Source: Lama glama (taxonomy: Eukaryota). Taken from it: a stretch of DNA of 64,000 nucleotides. A program made the position numbers and the translations under genes. The notes under the pieces are model-generated. The model was not told the DNA's origin, searched no databases, and saw nothing but the letters and a program-made list of their open reading frames with translations. Positions 51,925 through 64,000 of this stretch are shown one piece after another; position 1 is the stretch's first letter; each line of letters starts with the position of its first letter. The stretch lies in contig CM052817.1 of NCBI GenBank assembly GCA_028534125.1, forward strand, positions 87,298,001 through 87,362,000, read 5' to 3'.

Positions 51925-53415
51925 TACTCAAACCTAAACAGTCAACTAATATTTGACATGGGATCCAAGAATACTCAGTGGAGATTAGACAGTCTCTTCA
52001 TTAAATGGTGCTGGGATAATTGGATATTCACATGTAGAAGAATAAAACTGGACCAATATCTTACACCACTCACAAAAGTTAACTTCAGATGCATTAAGAC
52101 TTAAACGTAAAACCTGAAACCATAAAACTTCTAGGAGAAAACAGGAATAAAACTTCTTGACATGAGCTTTGATAATGACTTTTTGGATATGACACCTAAA
52201 ACACAAGCAAAAAATAAAAAATAAACAAATGGGACTATATTAAACTAAAAGAGATTCCGCACTGCAAAAGAAACCATCAACAAAATGAAAAGACAACCTA
52301 TGAAATGGCAAAAATATTTCCAAACCATATATCTAATAATAGGTTAATATCCAAAATATATTTAAAAATTCATACAACACAATAGCAAACAAACAAGTAA
52401 ACAAATAAAACCCAATTTAAAAAATGGGAAAAGGACTTGAATAGACATTTCTCCAGAGAAGGTATACAAAGGACCAACAGGTACACTAAAAAGATACTCA
52501 ACATCACTAGTCATTAGGCAAATACAAATTAAAACCACAATGAGGTATCACCTCACACCTTAGAATTGCAATCATCGAAAAGGTAAGAGAGAAAAAATGC
52601 TGTTATGGATATGGAGAAAAGAGAAACATTGTGTACTATTAGTGGGTTTATAAATCGGTACAGCCACTATGGAAAAAAGTATGGAGGTTCCTCAAAAAAT
52701 TAAAAATAGAACTACCATATGATAAGGCAACTCCCTTTCTGGGAATGTATTCAAAGGAAATAAAAGCACTAACTTTCTGCACCCCATGTTCATAGCAGCA
52801 TTATTTACAGTAGCCAAGACGTGGAAACAACCCAAGTGTCCATAGATGGATAAAGAATTTGAGATAGACATATATATATAAAATATTATTCAGCCATAAA
52901 AAATGAGAAAATCTAACACAGATGGACCTTGAAATATGTGAAGTACAATAAATCAGATAGGGAAAAACAAATACTGTATTATCTCACTTAATGTGAAATC
53001 TAAAAAAACAAACAAAACCTCATAGAAAAGGAGGTCAGACTAGTGGTTACTGGAAGTGGAGAGTGGAGGGAAAGGAAATTGAACAAAGGTGGTCAAAAGC
53101 TACAAACTTTCAATTATAAGATGAATTAAGTATTAGGAATATACATATACTGTGATAACTATAGATAACACTGCTATATGATATATAGAAAAATTATTAA
53201 AAGGGTAAATCCTATGAGTTCTTATCACAAGGAGATTTTTTTTTCTTTTTCTCTTTTTAAAAAGTTGTATCTGTATGAGAAGATGGATGTCAGCTGGACC
53301 TATTGTGTTAATAATTTTATAATATATGCAAATCAAACTATCATGCTGTGTGCTTTAAACTTGCACAGTGATGTATGCCAGTTATTTCACAATAAAATTG
53401 GGGGGGAAATAAAAG
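51925..53415 (+). mobile_element. LINE-1 ORF2 3' end plus 3' UTR (L1MA9-like laurasiatherian type)
   Basis: ORF 51916-52104 ([48 protein letters not shown]) is L1 ORF2p; 3' UTR ends ttatttcacaataaaattggggggg. Confidence 0.95.
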
Positions 53416-53513
53416 AATCCCATGCTTCTAGCACCTTTTCTTTATAGCCTTGAGAAAATAAAATGATAGAACAGGAGCGTTTCGCTATTACATAGTTTTA
53501 GCATAATTTAGGT

Positions 53514-53704
53514 CTAGAGTCAGCAAACTTTTTCACTACAGTCAGACATATATTTTAGACTTTGCAGGTAATATATAAACTCTGTTGTAACTACCGTGCT
53601 ACTATAGTGAGAAAGAAGCCATGGATAACACAATGCATAAGTATGGCTGTGTTCCAGTAAAATTTACTTACAAAACAGGCAGCCAACTAGTAAACTGACT
53701 CCTA
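53514..53704 (+). mobile_element. MER58A (hAT-Charlie)
   Basis: agtcagcaaactttttc...tattttagactttgcagg...gccatggataacac...atggctgtgttccagtaaaatttacttacaaaacaggc. Confidence 0.85.
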
Positions 53705-54042
53705 AACGAGATTACACAATTGGTAATTATACCTCATGCCTCGTACATGAGGAGTTGTATATTAAGCATTTATTAGATAGAGAAATAATTGTTACAGTTT
53801 TTAATTCACATTATCAAAATTTAGATAGTTTCCACATAACACACTTGAATAATGAATTGTAAAAGTGGTTCTTTTTGTATCATTGTCTAACATCACTTGG
53901 TATTAGAGTTAGGAAAATTCTATTTTCCTTTCTAGTTCTTAATTTTGCGAACCAATCTAACAATAAACAAATGAAACATCCATTTTTCAGGTGGAGAATT
54001 ACCATCCTACACATGTACATCCAGGCAAGTACACTTCCTTAG

Positions 54043-54816
54043 TTATGAGCTTTCCTGCTATAAATTAATATATGTATTCCTGAAAATATTACATTCTGTA
54101 AAATTTTGTTAAAAATACATGGCTATGAATATGGCAACCATATAGTTTGTCAACTAGGGCACCTTTGAGAATGAAAGAAGATGCTATTCATAAGTATGCC
54201 ACAGACAAAATAAAGCCAGGACTGTCAGGGGCCATTTTGGACTCCAGATCATCCTGTTAATGAGAAAACAAGTTAGAGGGAAGACAACTCAGAATACATG
54301 CAAGTCTGTACCAAAGCTGTAAGTTAAATAGTAATTGGTCCTTGGGGGAGATAATTTGGACCACTTAGGCAGCTCAGCCTGGATAGAGGCTGCCCCTGTG
54401 ATATTAATAGGCATAATAGCAACAATTTAGATATCCTGACAGCAATTTACTTACAGCTAAGGCTACTCAGAGGCTGTGACGATGGAGCAAAAGTGGAGTC
54501 CTGTGTCAGTGGAACTGCCACTCAGGTCAGCACAGTGGGCTGTGCCATCCTTTGGGCAGCCAAGAGATGCTCAAGGTTGAGAGTAGAACTCTCTGTGGAA
54601 GAAATTCCAGAGCCATTTTTAATTTTTTGTGAAGTACAGCCCAAGAGTTACGGCTTCACAAAGCACCCTTGCCTTTTCCTGTTGGAAAACTGAACCCGAC
54701 CTTTTAAAACTTTTCTTGCTTAGGAAAGATTGTGAATGAAACAATATGACTACCGCATTTTCCTGCTTTTCTACTTAGCAATCATACAAGGAAGTTCATG
54801 TTACAGAAAAGGGATG
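54043..54816. mobile_element. old TcMar-Tigger element (Tigger13-like), interrupted by MER94
   Basis: Left end gctttcctgctataaattaatatatgtattcctgaaaatattacattctgtaaaatt and right end gttcatgttacagaaaagggatg resemble recalled Tigger termini; subfamily uncertain. Confidence 0.5.
54130..54256 (+). mobile_element. MER94 (hAT-Blackjack)
   Basis: ggcaaccatatagtttgtcaactagggcacctttgagaatgaaagaagatgctattcataagtatgcc...ccaggactgtc...gatcatcct. Confidence 0.75.
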
Positions 54817-54852
54817 TTCACAACTCTAGATAAAAACAATGCACTGAATCAG

Positions 54853-57540
54853 CTTTTTAAAAAAGAGATAAATTTGGATACACATGCAGTTGTAAGAAGC
54901 AACACAAAGAGAGCTCCTTTGTACACTTTGCTCTGTTTTTCCCCAGCATCAAATTTTGTGAAACTATTGTGTAATTATCATAACCAGGACATTGACATTG
55001 ATACAATCCACCAATCTTATTCGGGTTTGCCTAGTTTTACTTATGTTTGTGTGTGCGTACATGAAGTTCTATACCAATTTCTCATCTGTGCAGTTTCCTG
55101 CGTCCACCACCACAGCCAAGATCCTAAACAGTTCCAACGCAAGAATCATTTTCGAAACCTTTATAACCACCCCACCTCCCTCTTCTTTGTCCTCTCATCT
55201 CTATCACCTACTTCCAAATTTTTATTCCAGAAATATTATATAAATGGTATCATATAGTGTGTAAGCTTCGGAGGTTGGCTTTTTTTTTTTTTTGCTCAGC
55301 ATAATTTCCTGCAGATTTATCCAAAATTTTGTGTGTTCTCAATAGCTTGTTCCTTTTGTTGCTGATTAGTATCCCATGCTATGGATTTAACATATGTAAC
55401 TAGGCGCACTTAACCATTCACCAGTTGAAGGACTTCTGGGCTTATTCCAGTTTTTGTCTATTAAACACAAGGCTGGCATAAATACTCTCGTCCTGTTGTT
55501 TTGAACATAAGTTTTTATTTTTCTATTGATCCATACCCAAAAGTACAACTGTTGGTTGTATGTTAGTTATACACTTAGTTTTTACAAAAAAAACTGCCAA
55601 ATTGTATTCCAGAGTGGTTGTACTGTTTCTACATTCCTACTGCCCTGAGTGAGTCATCTAGTTTCTCTGCAATCTTTCTACTACTTGGTATTGACACTTT
55701 AACAAAGAATTTAAGCCATTTTTGGTAGGTGTGTAATGATGTCACATTGTGGTTTTAATTTGCATTTCTCTAATGGCCAATAATGCTAAACATATTTTCA
55801 TCGCTTATGTGCTACTTATACATCCTCCTTGGTGAACTGTCTATTCACTTATTTTGTCCATCTTCTAATCAGATTGCTTTCTTCTGTTGCTTTTTAGAGT
55901 TCTTTATATTCTGAATACTAGTCAATTGTTGGCTATGCAGTTTGCAAATATTTTCACCTAGCCTACAGCTTAATTTTTTCATTCTTTTTAGGTGAGTTTT
56001 TGAAGAACAAAATTTTTTAGTTTTGCTTAGGGTTAATGTAACAGCTTTTTCTTTGTATGGTCAGGTTTTTTTTTTTTTTGGAGAGTATAAGAACTTCTTA
56101 GCCATTATCCTATGATTTTGTTTTTATTTCCTAGAAATATTACAGTTTTATATTTTAAGTCCATGATCTATTTTAAGTAAATTTTTCACAAGACAGGAGG
56201 TTTGAGTTAAGATTCATTTTGACTATGGATGTATAATTGCTCTAGTACAATTTATTGGAAAGACTGTCTTCTCTCCATTGAGATGGTTGTACACTTTTGT
56301 AAAAAATCAGTTGAACATATTTGTGTGGGTCTGTTTTTGGGTCCTCTTTTCTGTTTCATTGTTCTATGTCTGTTTCTCCTCTAAAATCACATTCCTTGAT
56401 CACTCTAGATATAGTAGAATTTTAATGTTGTGTGGAATAATTCCTCCCAATTCTTCTTTGTCAAGATTGTTTTAGCTATTGCAAATTTTTAAATCAGTTT
56501 ATGTCTACAGAATGCTTTGCTTCTATTTTGATAGAAGTTATATATTAAAAACATAGATCAAATTGGTGAGAATTGGCCATCTTTACTATATTGAATCTTC
56601 CAATCCATGAATATGTTTCTCCACTACTTGAGTATTCTTTGACTTCTTTCATGCAGAAGTTGCAATTTTCAGCGTCAGAATCAGTCGTATTTTATTATGT
56701 ATATACTTAAATATTTTATTGTTTTTGGATTTTGTATAAATTGTATTAAGTCAGTTGCAGGATTCTCCTACTATCCTTTTTAGTGGTTCCAGGATTTGTT
56801 AGCAATATATCTGTTTCATTCCTAATATTGATTTCTCTTTTCTTTATTTTTATGACCCTAGCTAGAAATTTACCAGTATTATTTACGTTTTTCAAAGAAC
56901 CAGCTTAATATTTCATTGATTTTTCTCTATTTTTATACTTTTCAATTTCATTGATCTTTATACTTTCTTTATACTTTCCTCTTGTTTGCTTGCTTTGGGT
57001 TTATTTTGTTCTTGTTTTCTAGTTTATGAGGGAGGAACTTAGATTATGGATTTTAGACCTTTCTATTTTTCTAATGTAAGAATCTCATACCATAGATTTC
57101 CCTATCAGCACTGCTTTAGCTGCATCCCCAAACTTTTACTATGTTGTGCTTCCACTGTTACTTAATTCTATGTATTTTTTATTTCCTTTGAGACTTCCTA
57201 CTTGACCTATGGGTTATTTAGAAATAAGCTGTTTTATTTCCACTTGTTTAGAGATTTTCCTAACATCATTCTATAATCGGTTCCTAGTTTTATTCCATTA
57301 TGATTAAAGAATACACTCTATATGATTCCAGTCCTTTTAGTTATACTGAGGTTTGTTTTATGGCCCTGGCTTTGGTATCCCTGGGTGAAATGTTCTATGG
57401 GCAGTAGAAAAAAAGTTTTTTTGCTTTTTAAGTGAATATAAATATTCATACTTTTTGAATGAAGTGTTATATATGTCAATTAGATCTTATTGACTCCATT
57501 ATTCATATCCTTTATGTCCTTGCTGAATTTCTGTATAGTC
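54853..57540 (-). mobile_element. L1MD-like LINE-1 (3' UTR plus ORF2 fragments)
   Basis: cacatgcagttgtaagaagcaacacaaagagag...aaccaggacattgacattgatacaatccaccaatcttattc is the reverse of the L1MD 3' end; T-rich reverse ORF2 (cattgtggttttaatttgcatttctctaatgg; ttttcaaagaaccagct; agcactgctttagctgcatccc). Confidence 0.9.
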
Positions 57541-57663
57541 CTCCAAGTTTAGTTGTAAATCCACAATTACAGTTGTTTCATGCCTTCCACTGTTGGGTGC
57601 TATCTATCAGAAAAATTACTTTATTCTCCTATTTACAGAAAACATACATAATAACAGCAGTAT

Positions 57664-58256
57664 TGTTGCTGATAAATCAGCCTCTGCACCCCAAAAAGCA
57701 AATTCAAACTTGGAGGCAGAGTTTTTGGGGGCAAAGAAGAGAGCCACCTCATTGCTTTGCCTGGCAAAGGGCAGTCATAGCAGGCTTGGAAAATGTGACC
57801 CCATCCTGGGGTTGGGGCTTGGTGATTACACAGGCAAAAGGGATGGAGCGTATCAGTGATAACGAACAATAGAGTCTTTTATAAAGTTTATCTTGTGTCA
57901 TGGGAACTTCTGGTGGTCTGTTAAGTAGGTCACTACCCGAGGTCTTGGTATTATCAGGTCTGATTCCTGTCGTGGGGGCTCTTGGAGGATCTGGCAGTTC
58001 CTTCAATGTTACCATTTTGTGACCTTCTTTCTGAAAAATGCCTTCTGGGTTTTGGATACAAGTTATTTAGGGGACGGTGTAAATCATAGGGTTAGAGTTG
58101 CTCCACACGTAACAGTTCAAGCAAGTTAAACCACAGCAGTAGCAAGGAGTAAAATAGGTTAGTCAGTTAGAAAGAACTCTGGAACACAAGCTAATAGATC
58201 ATAGAGAACTCTGTAAGCTGTCTTCACATCAGGGAGGCCATTTTGTGACACCTTCA
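57664..58256 (-). mobile_element. ERV1-class solo LTR (593 bp), probably lineage-specific
   Basis: Minus strand reads TGAAGGTGTCACAAAATGGCC...ATCAGCAACA (TG...CA); perfect 4-bp TSD GTAT (57660-57663, 58257-58260); GC-richer than its flanks. Confidence 0.85.
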
Positions 58257-58920
58257 GTATTAGTGAGTGAAAAAAAATACATTTTCCAATTAAAAAAAAT
58301 TATCTGAAAAGTTTGTTGTAAATTTAATCCTGGAAATGAAGCTGCATTTTCTTTTTCACTTGTTCTGATATTATAATATGTATTTGCTCATTCAGATGAT
58401 TAGGCCATTTTAACATTTGTTAATCGCCATTACAGATTTCAACACAAATGGGAGTGAATGTAATAAAATTTATAAATGAAGTGATCTGGCAACTACTATG
58501 GAAAAAAAGGGAAAATGCATTAATCTTAAGCAGATACCCTTGGCTCCTTTGAGCTAACAATAGCCATTATTTGTAATGTTTTGCACAGACCTCTTATTCT
58601 TTCAGAGAAACACAAAATATAGATATTTATTATTTTTTCTGATTTTAAGTGTTGGCAACAACTTAGTTTTAAAATGTTCCAAAGTATATATGCAAAAGTA
58701 TTTATCAAATATATAAATTAAGTATCCCATATCATACATCAAATATATAAAACAAATAAGCAGAGATATATGAAACACACATGATAACAATTTAAAAACA
58801 CCTTTGTATCTCCACTTAGTTAAGAACTAAATTATCAAACCATTTAAAGCCTCCAGTGTGCTATTCTCCATTGGCGTTGCCTTCCTCTCTCGGTTCCTCA
58901 TCTCAAGTAAATATTATCTT

Positions 58921-59046
58921 GGGGGGAGGGTATAGCTCAGTGGTAGAATGCCTGCTTAGCATGCATGAGGTCCTGCATTCAATCCCTAGTAACTCCGTGT
59001 AAAAAAACAAAACAAATTATTTCCGCCCCCGAACAACAACAAAAAA
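58921..59046 (+). mobile_element. tRNA-derived SINE, Vic-1 type (camelid)
   Basis: ggggagggtatagctcagtggtagaatgcctgcttagcatgcatgaggtcctgcattcaatccctagta: A-box TAGCTCAGTGG, decayed B-box, A-rich tail; perfect 16-bp TSD TCAAGTAAATATTATC (58903-58918, 59047-59062). Confidence 0.93.
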
Positions 59047-59301
59047 TCAAGTAAATATTATCCTGAATTGTGAGATTATCATTCCCTTGATTTAAATTGA
59101 AGTGTAAATAAATTTTTAATACACATAGACAAACATTTATAAGCTATGTGAAAAGCATAAATAATCATGCTAAAATGAAGATCTGAGCACTCACAGCAAA
59201 GCTTTAGGGAAATAATTCTTCTATCAAAACTTTGAAGTACACATTGTGCCCCTCCCAGATCCTCATAATCCAGAATTTTGTGTTTTAATTTATTAAATTA
59301 C

Positions 59302-59304
<3 letters not shown>

Positions 59305-59336
<32 letters not shown>
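59305..59336. repeat. (AT)16 microsatellite
   Basis: Directly visible. Confidence 0.97.
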
Positions 59337-59339
<3 letters not shown>

Positions 59340-59824
59340 TGTATCCTAAACCATATTTTTAGTTTTGGATTTTTAACTTACTATAAATTGAACTATATGA
59401 TATGAACTCTTTGGAACTGTTTTTTTCACTATTATGTTAATCAGATTTATCCCCATTAATATCTGTGTCTGTGTTATAGTCATACTAGTTCTTCACTGTA
59501 CATATTAAATAAACAAATATATATAGGCATTTTGATTATTCCAAGTTTATTTGTTTATTATTACAATATTGCTGCTATTTATATTTTTATTTGTGTCTCC
59601 TCAGTTAGACAAAAATGCAACAGTACTCTAGGGTATGTGCTTGCATGTTGACTCACCGAGTCTCACTATCAATCTGCTACTACGTCATCACTCATATTTT
59701 TCCTTACCCATGTGAAACACACATATTTTATAATCCGTGTATGGCAAGCCCAAATTTTACAGTCTCCTTGTATTAGTTCTGGTGGGGGTTGATCTGCTGT
59801 TTCCCTAATTAGGTTGTTTTGTTT

Positions 59825-60900
59825 TCTAATTTTAAATTAACTTTTACTGAAGAGTAACCTATATGGAGTAATATGTACAATTATTAAGTGTGTAATTTGA
59901 TGTATTTTACAAATGTGTACACCTGTATAAGTATCACACAGATCTAGGTATGAAACACCGCTAGCATTTCAGAAGCCTCCTTCTTGTTTGAAAATACCAT
60001 CAAAGGTTATCAGTATTCTGACTTCTACCAACAAATACTGAGTCTGCCTTTTTTTGACCTTCATTCAAATGGAAAGATGTAGAATATATTTTTTGATGCC
60101 TGACTTCTATTGTTTAACATTTTGTCTATTATTATCCATGATATGGTCTATTATAATAATTCATTGTTTTTACTGGACTATGGTATTACATTTTATAAAT
60201 ATACATCAGATTATTTATTCTTTTATCATTGATGGATAATTGGAATGCTTCCAGTTTTTCCCTCTGAATCGAATCAGTATGAGTATTATTGACCCAAATG
60301 TTGCACAGACACTTATTTCTTTTGGGCATATAGTGTATAATGTACTATTTAGTGAACCATGGGGTATGTGAATTCCAGTTTTAATATATTCTGCCAAATT
60401 GATTTTCAACATGGTGGTAGGAATTTGTAATCCTCTATTTATATGTGAGTTCTAGGTGTTCCACTGATTTGTTAATACCTAGCTTTTATGTAGTTCTTTT
60501 TAAGTGATTTTGTTGGATCTGCAGTATTATTTCAATGTTATTTTATATTTACATTTCCCCGTAACTAAATAATTGAGCAACATTTCATGTGATTATAGAC
60601 TGTTTAGATATCCTCTATTTTGAAGTGATTGTTCAAGGCTTTGTTTATTTAAAAAATGATTGAATTACCTACCTTTTACTTATTGACTTGTAGGAATTCC
60701 CTTTATAGTCCTTTTATAGTCCTATGTAAATTGTTAAATGAATCCTTTTATGGATAAGCTTTACATACATAAAATTTTTTCTCTTTCTTTCATACCAAAC
60801 AGAAATTTTAAAAAAATTTAATGATATCCAAATTATCTATACTTTTTTTTCATGCTTAGACTTTTTGGTGTAGGATTTAAGAAATTATTTCTTTCAGTAT
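59825..60900 (-). mobile_element. L1ME1/L1MC-like LINE-1 3' region
   Basis: ttaagtgtgtaatttgatgtattttacaaatgtgtacacctgtata...tattctgacttcta...ttgatggataattggaatgcttccagtttt...ttacatttccccgtaactaaataattgagcaacatttcatgtg. Confidence 0.8.
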
Positions 60901-61699
60901 GGTTATTCCAGATATCTTGTCTGCTATACAAATCAAAACTATGACAAGTTTGGCTGAGACAGTATCAATACGTGCACAGAAGAACCAAATAAAACATGTC
61001 TTCAGATCATATTTTAATTCTATTTTATAAATGACACAGCCATATTGGGAAAAGTTTATGTTTCTGGGAAGGAATACTTTATATAACAATTCTAAATACC
61101 TTCTTCATTATCCAATCAATCATTAAAATTATAAATGTTCTCTTTAAACAAAATGTTCTGAGTCTGTGATGAGGTCATATTCATATTCTGCATATATACA
61201 ATCACAAAATTCAAAGCATTGAATATGAAACTTATAGAGTTTACTTAAATATTAATATTTTAAAATATTGACTATATTTCAGGTTAAATATAGTGATATA
61301 TAATCATCATTTCTATAAGCATAAAAGAGATAATCTTGTATTTGTTTCTGTCTTCAAATTTTAATAAAAGAAACATTAAGGCCAGTTTGTTTCATGTTAC
61401 TTAGAAACCATCTTTTGCTTATTTCTTATTGATACCAATAATAAGTATGGGTATTACCACAGATTATTTTATAACTCAAGAAGGAAAAAAAAACTAAAAA
61501 TTTTATGAGCTTTAGTTTTTCTATTATTTTCATAGAACTTAAATGAGCAGAAAGTAGTTGCTTGACAATACCTTGTTATTCAATTTAGAACTGAAACTTA
61601 TCATAGTTGTCAGTGAAAAACTGTAAAACGACATCAAGTGATTTATATCTTTCAACCAAAGGTAAGACTTGGTAATTCTATTCTAATGTTTAATAAAAG

Positions 61700-62102
61700 G
61701 TAGACCTGGAGATTGCCATACTAAGTGAAGTAAGACAGAAAGAAAAAGAAAAATGCCATATAATATCATTTGTATATGGAATCTTAAAAAAAAGGAAACA
61801 AATGAACTTATTTACAAAACAGAGACAGACTCACAGACATAGAAAACAAACTTATTGTTACCAGTGGGGAAAGGGGATGGAGAGGGATAAATTGGGAGTT
61901 TAGGATCTGCAGATACTAACTACTACATATAAAGTAGCTAAACCACAAGAGCTTGCTGTATAGCGTAGAGAACTATATTTAATATGTTGTAATAGCCTAT
62001 AATGAAAAAGAATATGAAAAGGAATATATATGTATAATTGAATCACTATGCTGTACAGTAGAAACTAACACAACATTGTAAATTAATATATTTCAATTAA
62101 AA
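61700..62102 (+). mobile_element. 5'-truncated LINE-1 3' UTR (cetartiodactyl type)
   Basis: gacctggagattgccatactaagtgaagtaagacag...aaatgaacttatttacaaaacagagacagactcacagacatagaaaacaaactta...gaatcactatgctgtacagtagaaactaacacaacattgtaaattaatatatttcaattaaaaaa; possible TSD AATAAAAG (61692-61699, 62103-62110). Confidence 0.95.
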
Positions 62103-64000
62103 AATAAAAGACTCTTCTGGTACCTTTGAAAAAATTATATAATAATTTATTATGAAAAGTATAGTTAAATTATTGTAAATTCTAAATTATTCTAAATCAA
62201 CGTTAATGATTATAAATATTTTCTCATTCTTTTTGAAAATACTGCTTATGGAAGAATTGAAAACTTCAGATTTTCATATTATTCTTAGTTGAGTATTATA
62301 TGTATTAGTACATAATCTAACATTTTAAGGCAAGTATATGTCAAAACACCAGGCAATAGATTTTATAATAGAATAACAAAGTAAGAGTTTTTTCTTATTA
62401 TTATGGGAAACCTGAAAAACAAATGGAATTTATATTAATTTGCACTAAATTGTGCATTACAGAATTGATTTCATCACTTCAGATTTATTTCCTTTGTCTT
62501 CAGAAGTCCTGTGCTGTTCAAAGACAGTAATTTACAAGTATAGTACAAAAAATTTAGTGCAAAGCACATAAGCATGAACTTTTCAAATAATTTTCAGAAG
62601 TTATGCCTATACACGTCAAATAAAATGTTTAAAAAATACATAAAAATGGAAAAATTGTCCCATTCATTGATTGAATTGCCATAAAATCATCTAATTCCAC
62701 TGATTTTTCTATTCTCTTTTAACAGACTACCTATTGGGATTTTCTGTTTGCTGTAGGCTACACCTGATGACCAGGAGCTTTCACAGAGATTACAGCTGAC
62801 AAGACTTTGAAGAGTGGCTCTTCAGGGGTCCAGATTGAACTTGTCTCACTTTTACATCTGGCCTAATAGCCTGAAGAAGTCTTTTGATGCCATTGCAGCA
62901 GCAATTGCAGCAACAGCATTAGTGGCATTGCCACAGTGGGTAGTAATGCATTGGCCAACCATTACTGGAGAAACAGGAATGAAGAAGCAGCCTAAGGACG
63001 CAAGTGCAAGGGGAGTAGTTATTCAATTTCACTTTGGGGAGCAAAACACTGTAGCCACTCTTTGCTCTAGAAATTTCCATTTGTCAGTTTCAACTGCTTT
63101 TTTCCCCTGGAATTATCTGAAAATTTATTTTTAAAATAAACAATGTAAAATTATATTTGTGTAGCAAGTTTATTACATGTATCCCCATTTAATAGATGTA
63201 AACTCACATTCAGAAAATGGTGATTTAGTGGAAGTAGAAAACTCCATCCTTTTTCCATGCCAAGTTATATTTTGTTTGGATTCTTTTGCTTTTTGGGTTA
63301 CCCAAGCAATGTCAATAATTATACATTGTCAATAAATATACATTCATGTATTTGCTTTAAAATTAAATTGCATACTGATAATTTGGCTAGCCTTAACTTC
63401 CTAAAAATGCTTTAAGTACTATATTCAAACAAAAATTACCCACTTCCTTAAATCTTTACCAGCTTTTGGTATTCATGTGATTCACCTCAAATTCACAACT
63501 TTCATAAGTAAAATTTTTTATGCTTTATTTATAATGCCTTGTTTGAATGCTTAAAATTTGAGATAAAGACAAAGTACAATTTACAAAAGAAAAAGAAACA
63601 TTTGAATATTATGCATTAAGAAAACTTATGGCTTCAAATAAAATCTAAATATTCTAATTACTCTAAACAGAGTCAGGAAGCACCCTGAAACCATCTTCAC
63701 TGTGTTGTAATGTTTTCTGAAGAATTTTATATCCCATGTGCTGTACTGTCATACCTTCTGATATCAATTTAAATGGGATGCAGAAAACAGTTCTTGAATT
63801 TAGTGTCACAAGATACTATTTAGATGATATCTCATAAAACTCCTTATGTCAGAAGGGTGAAGTCAGGTCTTTTTTATTGTGTTTACTAAGGATATTGAAA
63901 TCTATTGTGTAATTTATATTCTTTGCCCAATAGTTTTTAGAACTTTGTTGTACACAATTCAGCAATGTATCACATAATATTTATGAATTGTTTCCTGATT

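Larger units (their letters stand above)
58720..59650 (-). mobile_element. L1ME-type 3' end fragments (host of the SINE)
   Basis: aacacctttgtatctccacttagttaagaac...aagcctccagtgtgc...tattatcctgaattgtgagattatcattcccttg resembles reverse L1ME3 3' ends. Confidence 0.6.

Noticed and set aside
54736..55257. 173-aa ORF
   Set aside because: Lies mostly antisense to an L1MD 3' UTR; no recognisable protein.
57459..58015. Cluster of overlapping ORFs
   Set aside because: Fall within an L1/solo-LTR junction; no gag, pol or env motifs.
58921..58995. tRNA-like sequence
   Set aside because: Decayed B-box, SINE tail and TSD show it is a SINE, not a tRNA gene.
63310..63345. Short tandem duplications (tgtcaataattatacat x2; similar 10-12-bp duplications near 9750, 13757 and 60703)
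   Set aside because: Ordinary slippage duplications, irregular and unrelated in sequence; not a CRISPR-like or otherwise organised array.
1..64000. Prokaryotic or phage-type systems (operons, CRISPR arrays, defence genes), numts, snRNA copies
   Set aside because: The window is mammalian repeat-rich non-coding DNA. I saw no long ORFs, regularly spaced repeats, mitochondrial-like sequence or snRNA motifs.

Overview
AT-rich, repeat-dense eutherian genomic DNA, very probably from a camelid (alpaca or camel): it carries a Vic-1-type tRNA-derived SINE at 58921-59046 and cetartiodactyl-type L1 3' ends. I find no credible host protein-coding exon. The only ORF-track entries with recognisable homology are decayed LINE-1 ORF1/ORF2 pieces, so the window looks like a gene desert or the interior of a very long intron. 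It contains L1 fragments of several ages, ERV1/ERVL/MaLR solo LTRs (several with visible target-site duplications, TSDs), hAT and Tigger DNA-transposon relics, L2/MIR/CR1 relics, microsatellites and a 500-N gap. The most notable items are: (1) an old ~440-bp 28S rRNA pseudogene fragment covering the peptidyl-transferase and sarcin-ricin region (39064-39500); (2) a tiny L1 insertion with an apparent 3' transduction inside an ERV1 LTR (19034-19148); (3) a recursive-splice-site-like motif, (Y)nCAG|GTAAG, at the end of a unique GC-richer island (23564/23565); (4) a tail-less younger L1 ORF2 piece nested at nearly the homologous position of an older L1 (43157-44255). I see no convincing novel biological system. 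Repeat subfamily names come from recalled consensus sequences and need RepeatMasker/Dfam confirmation.
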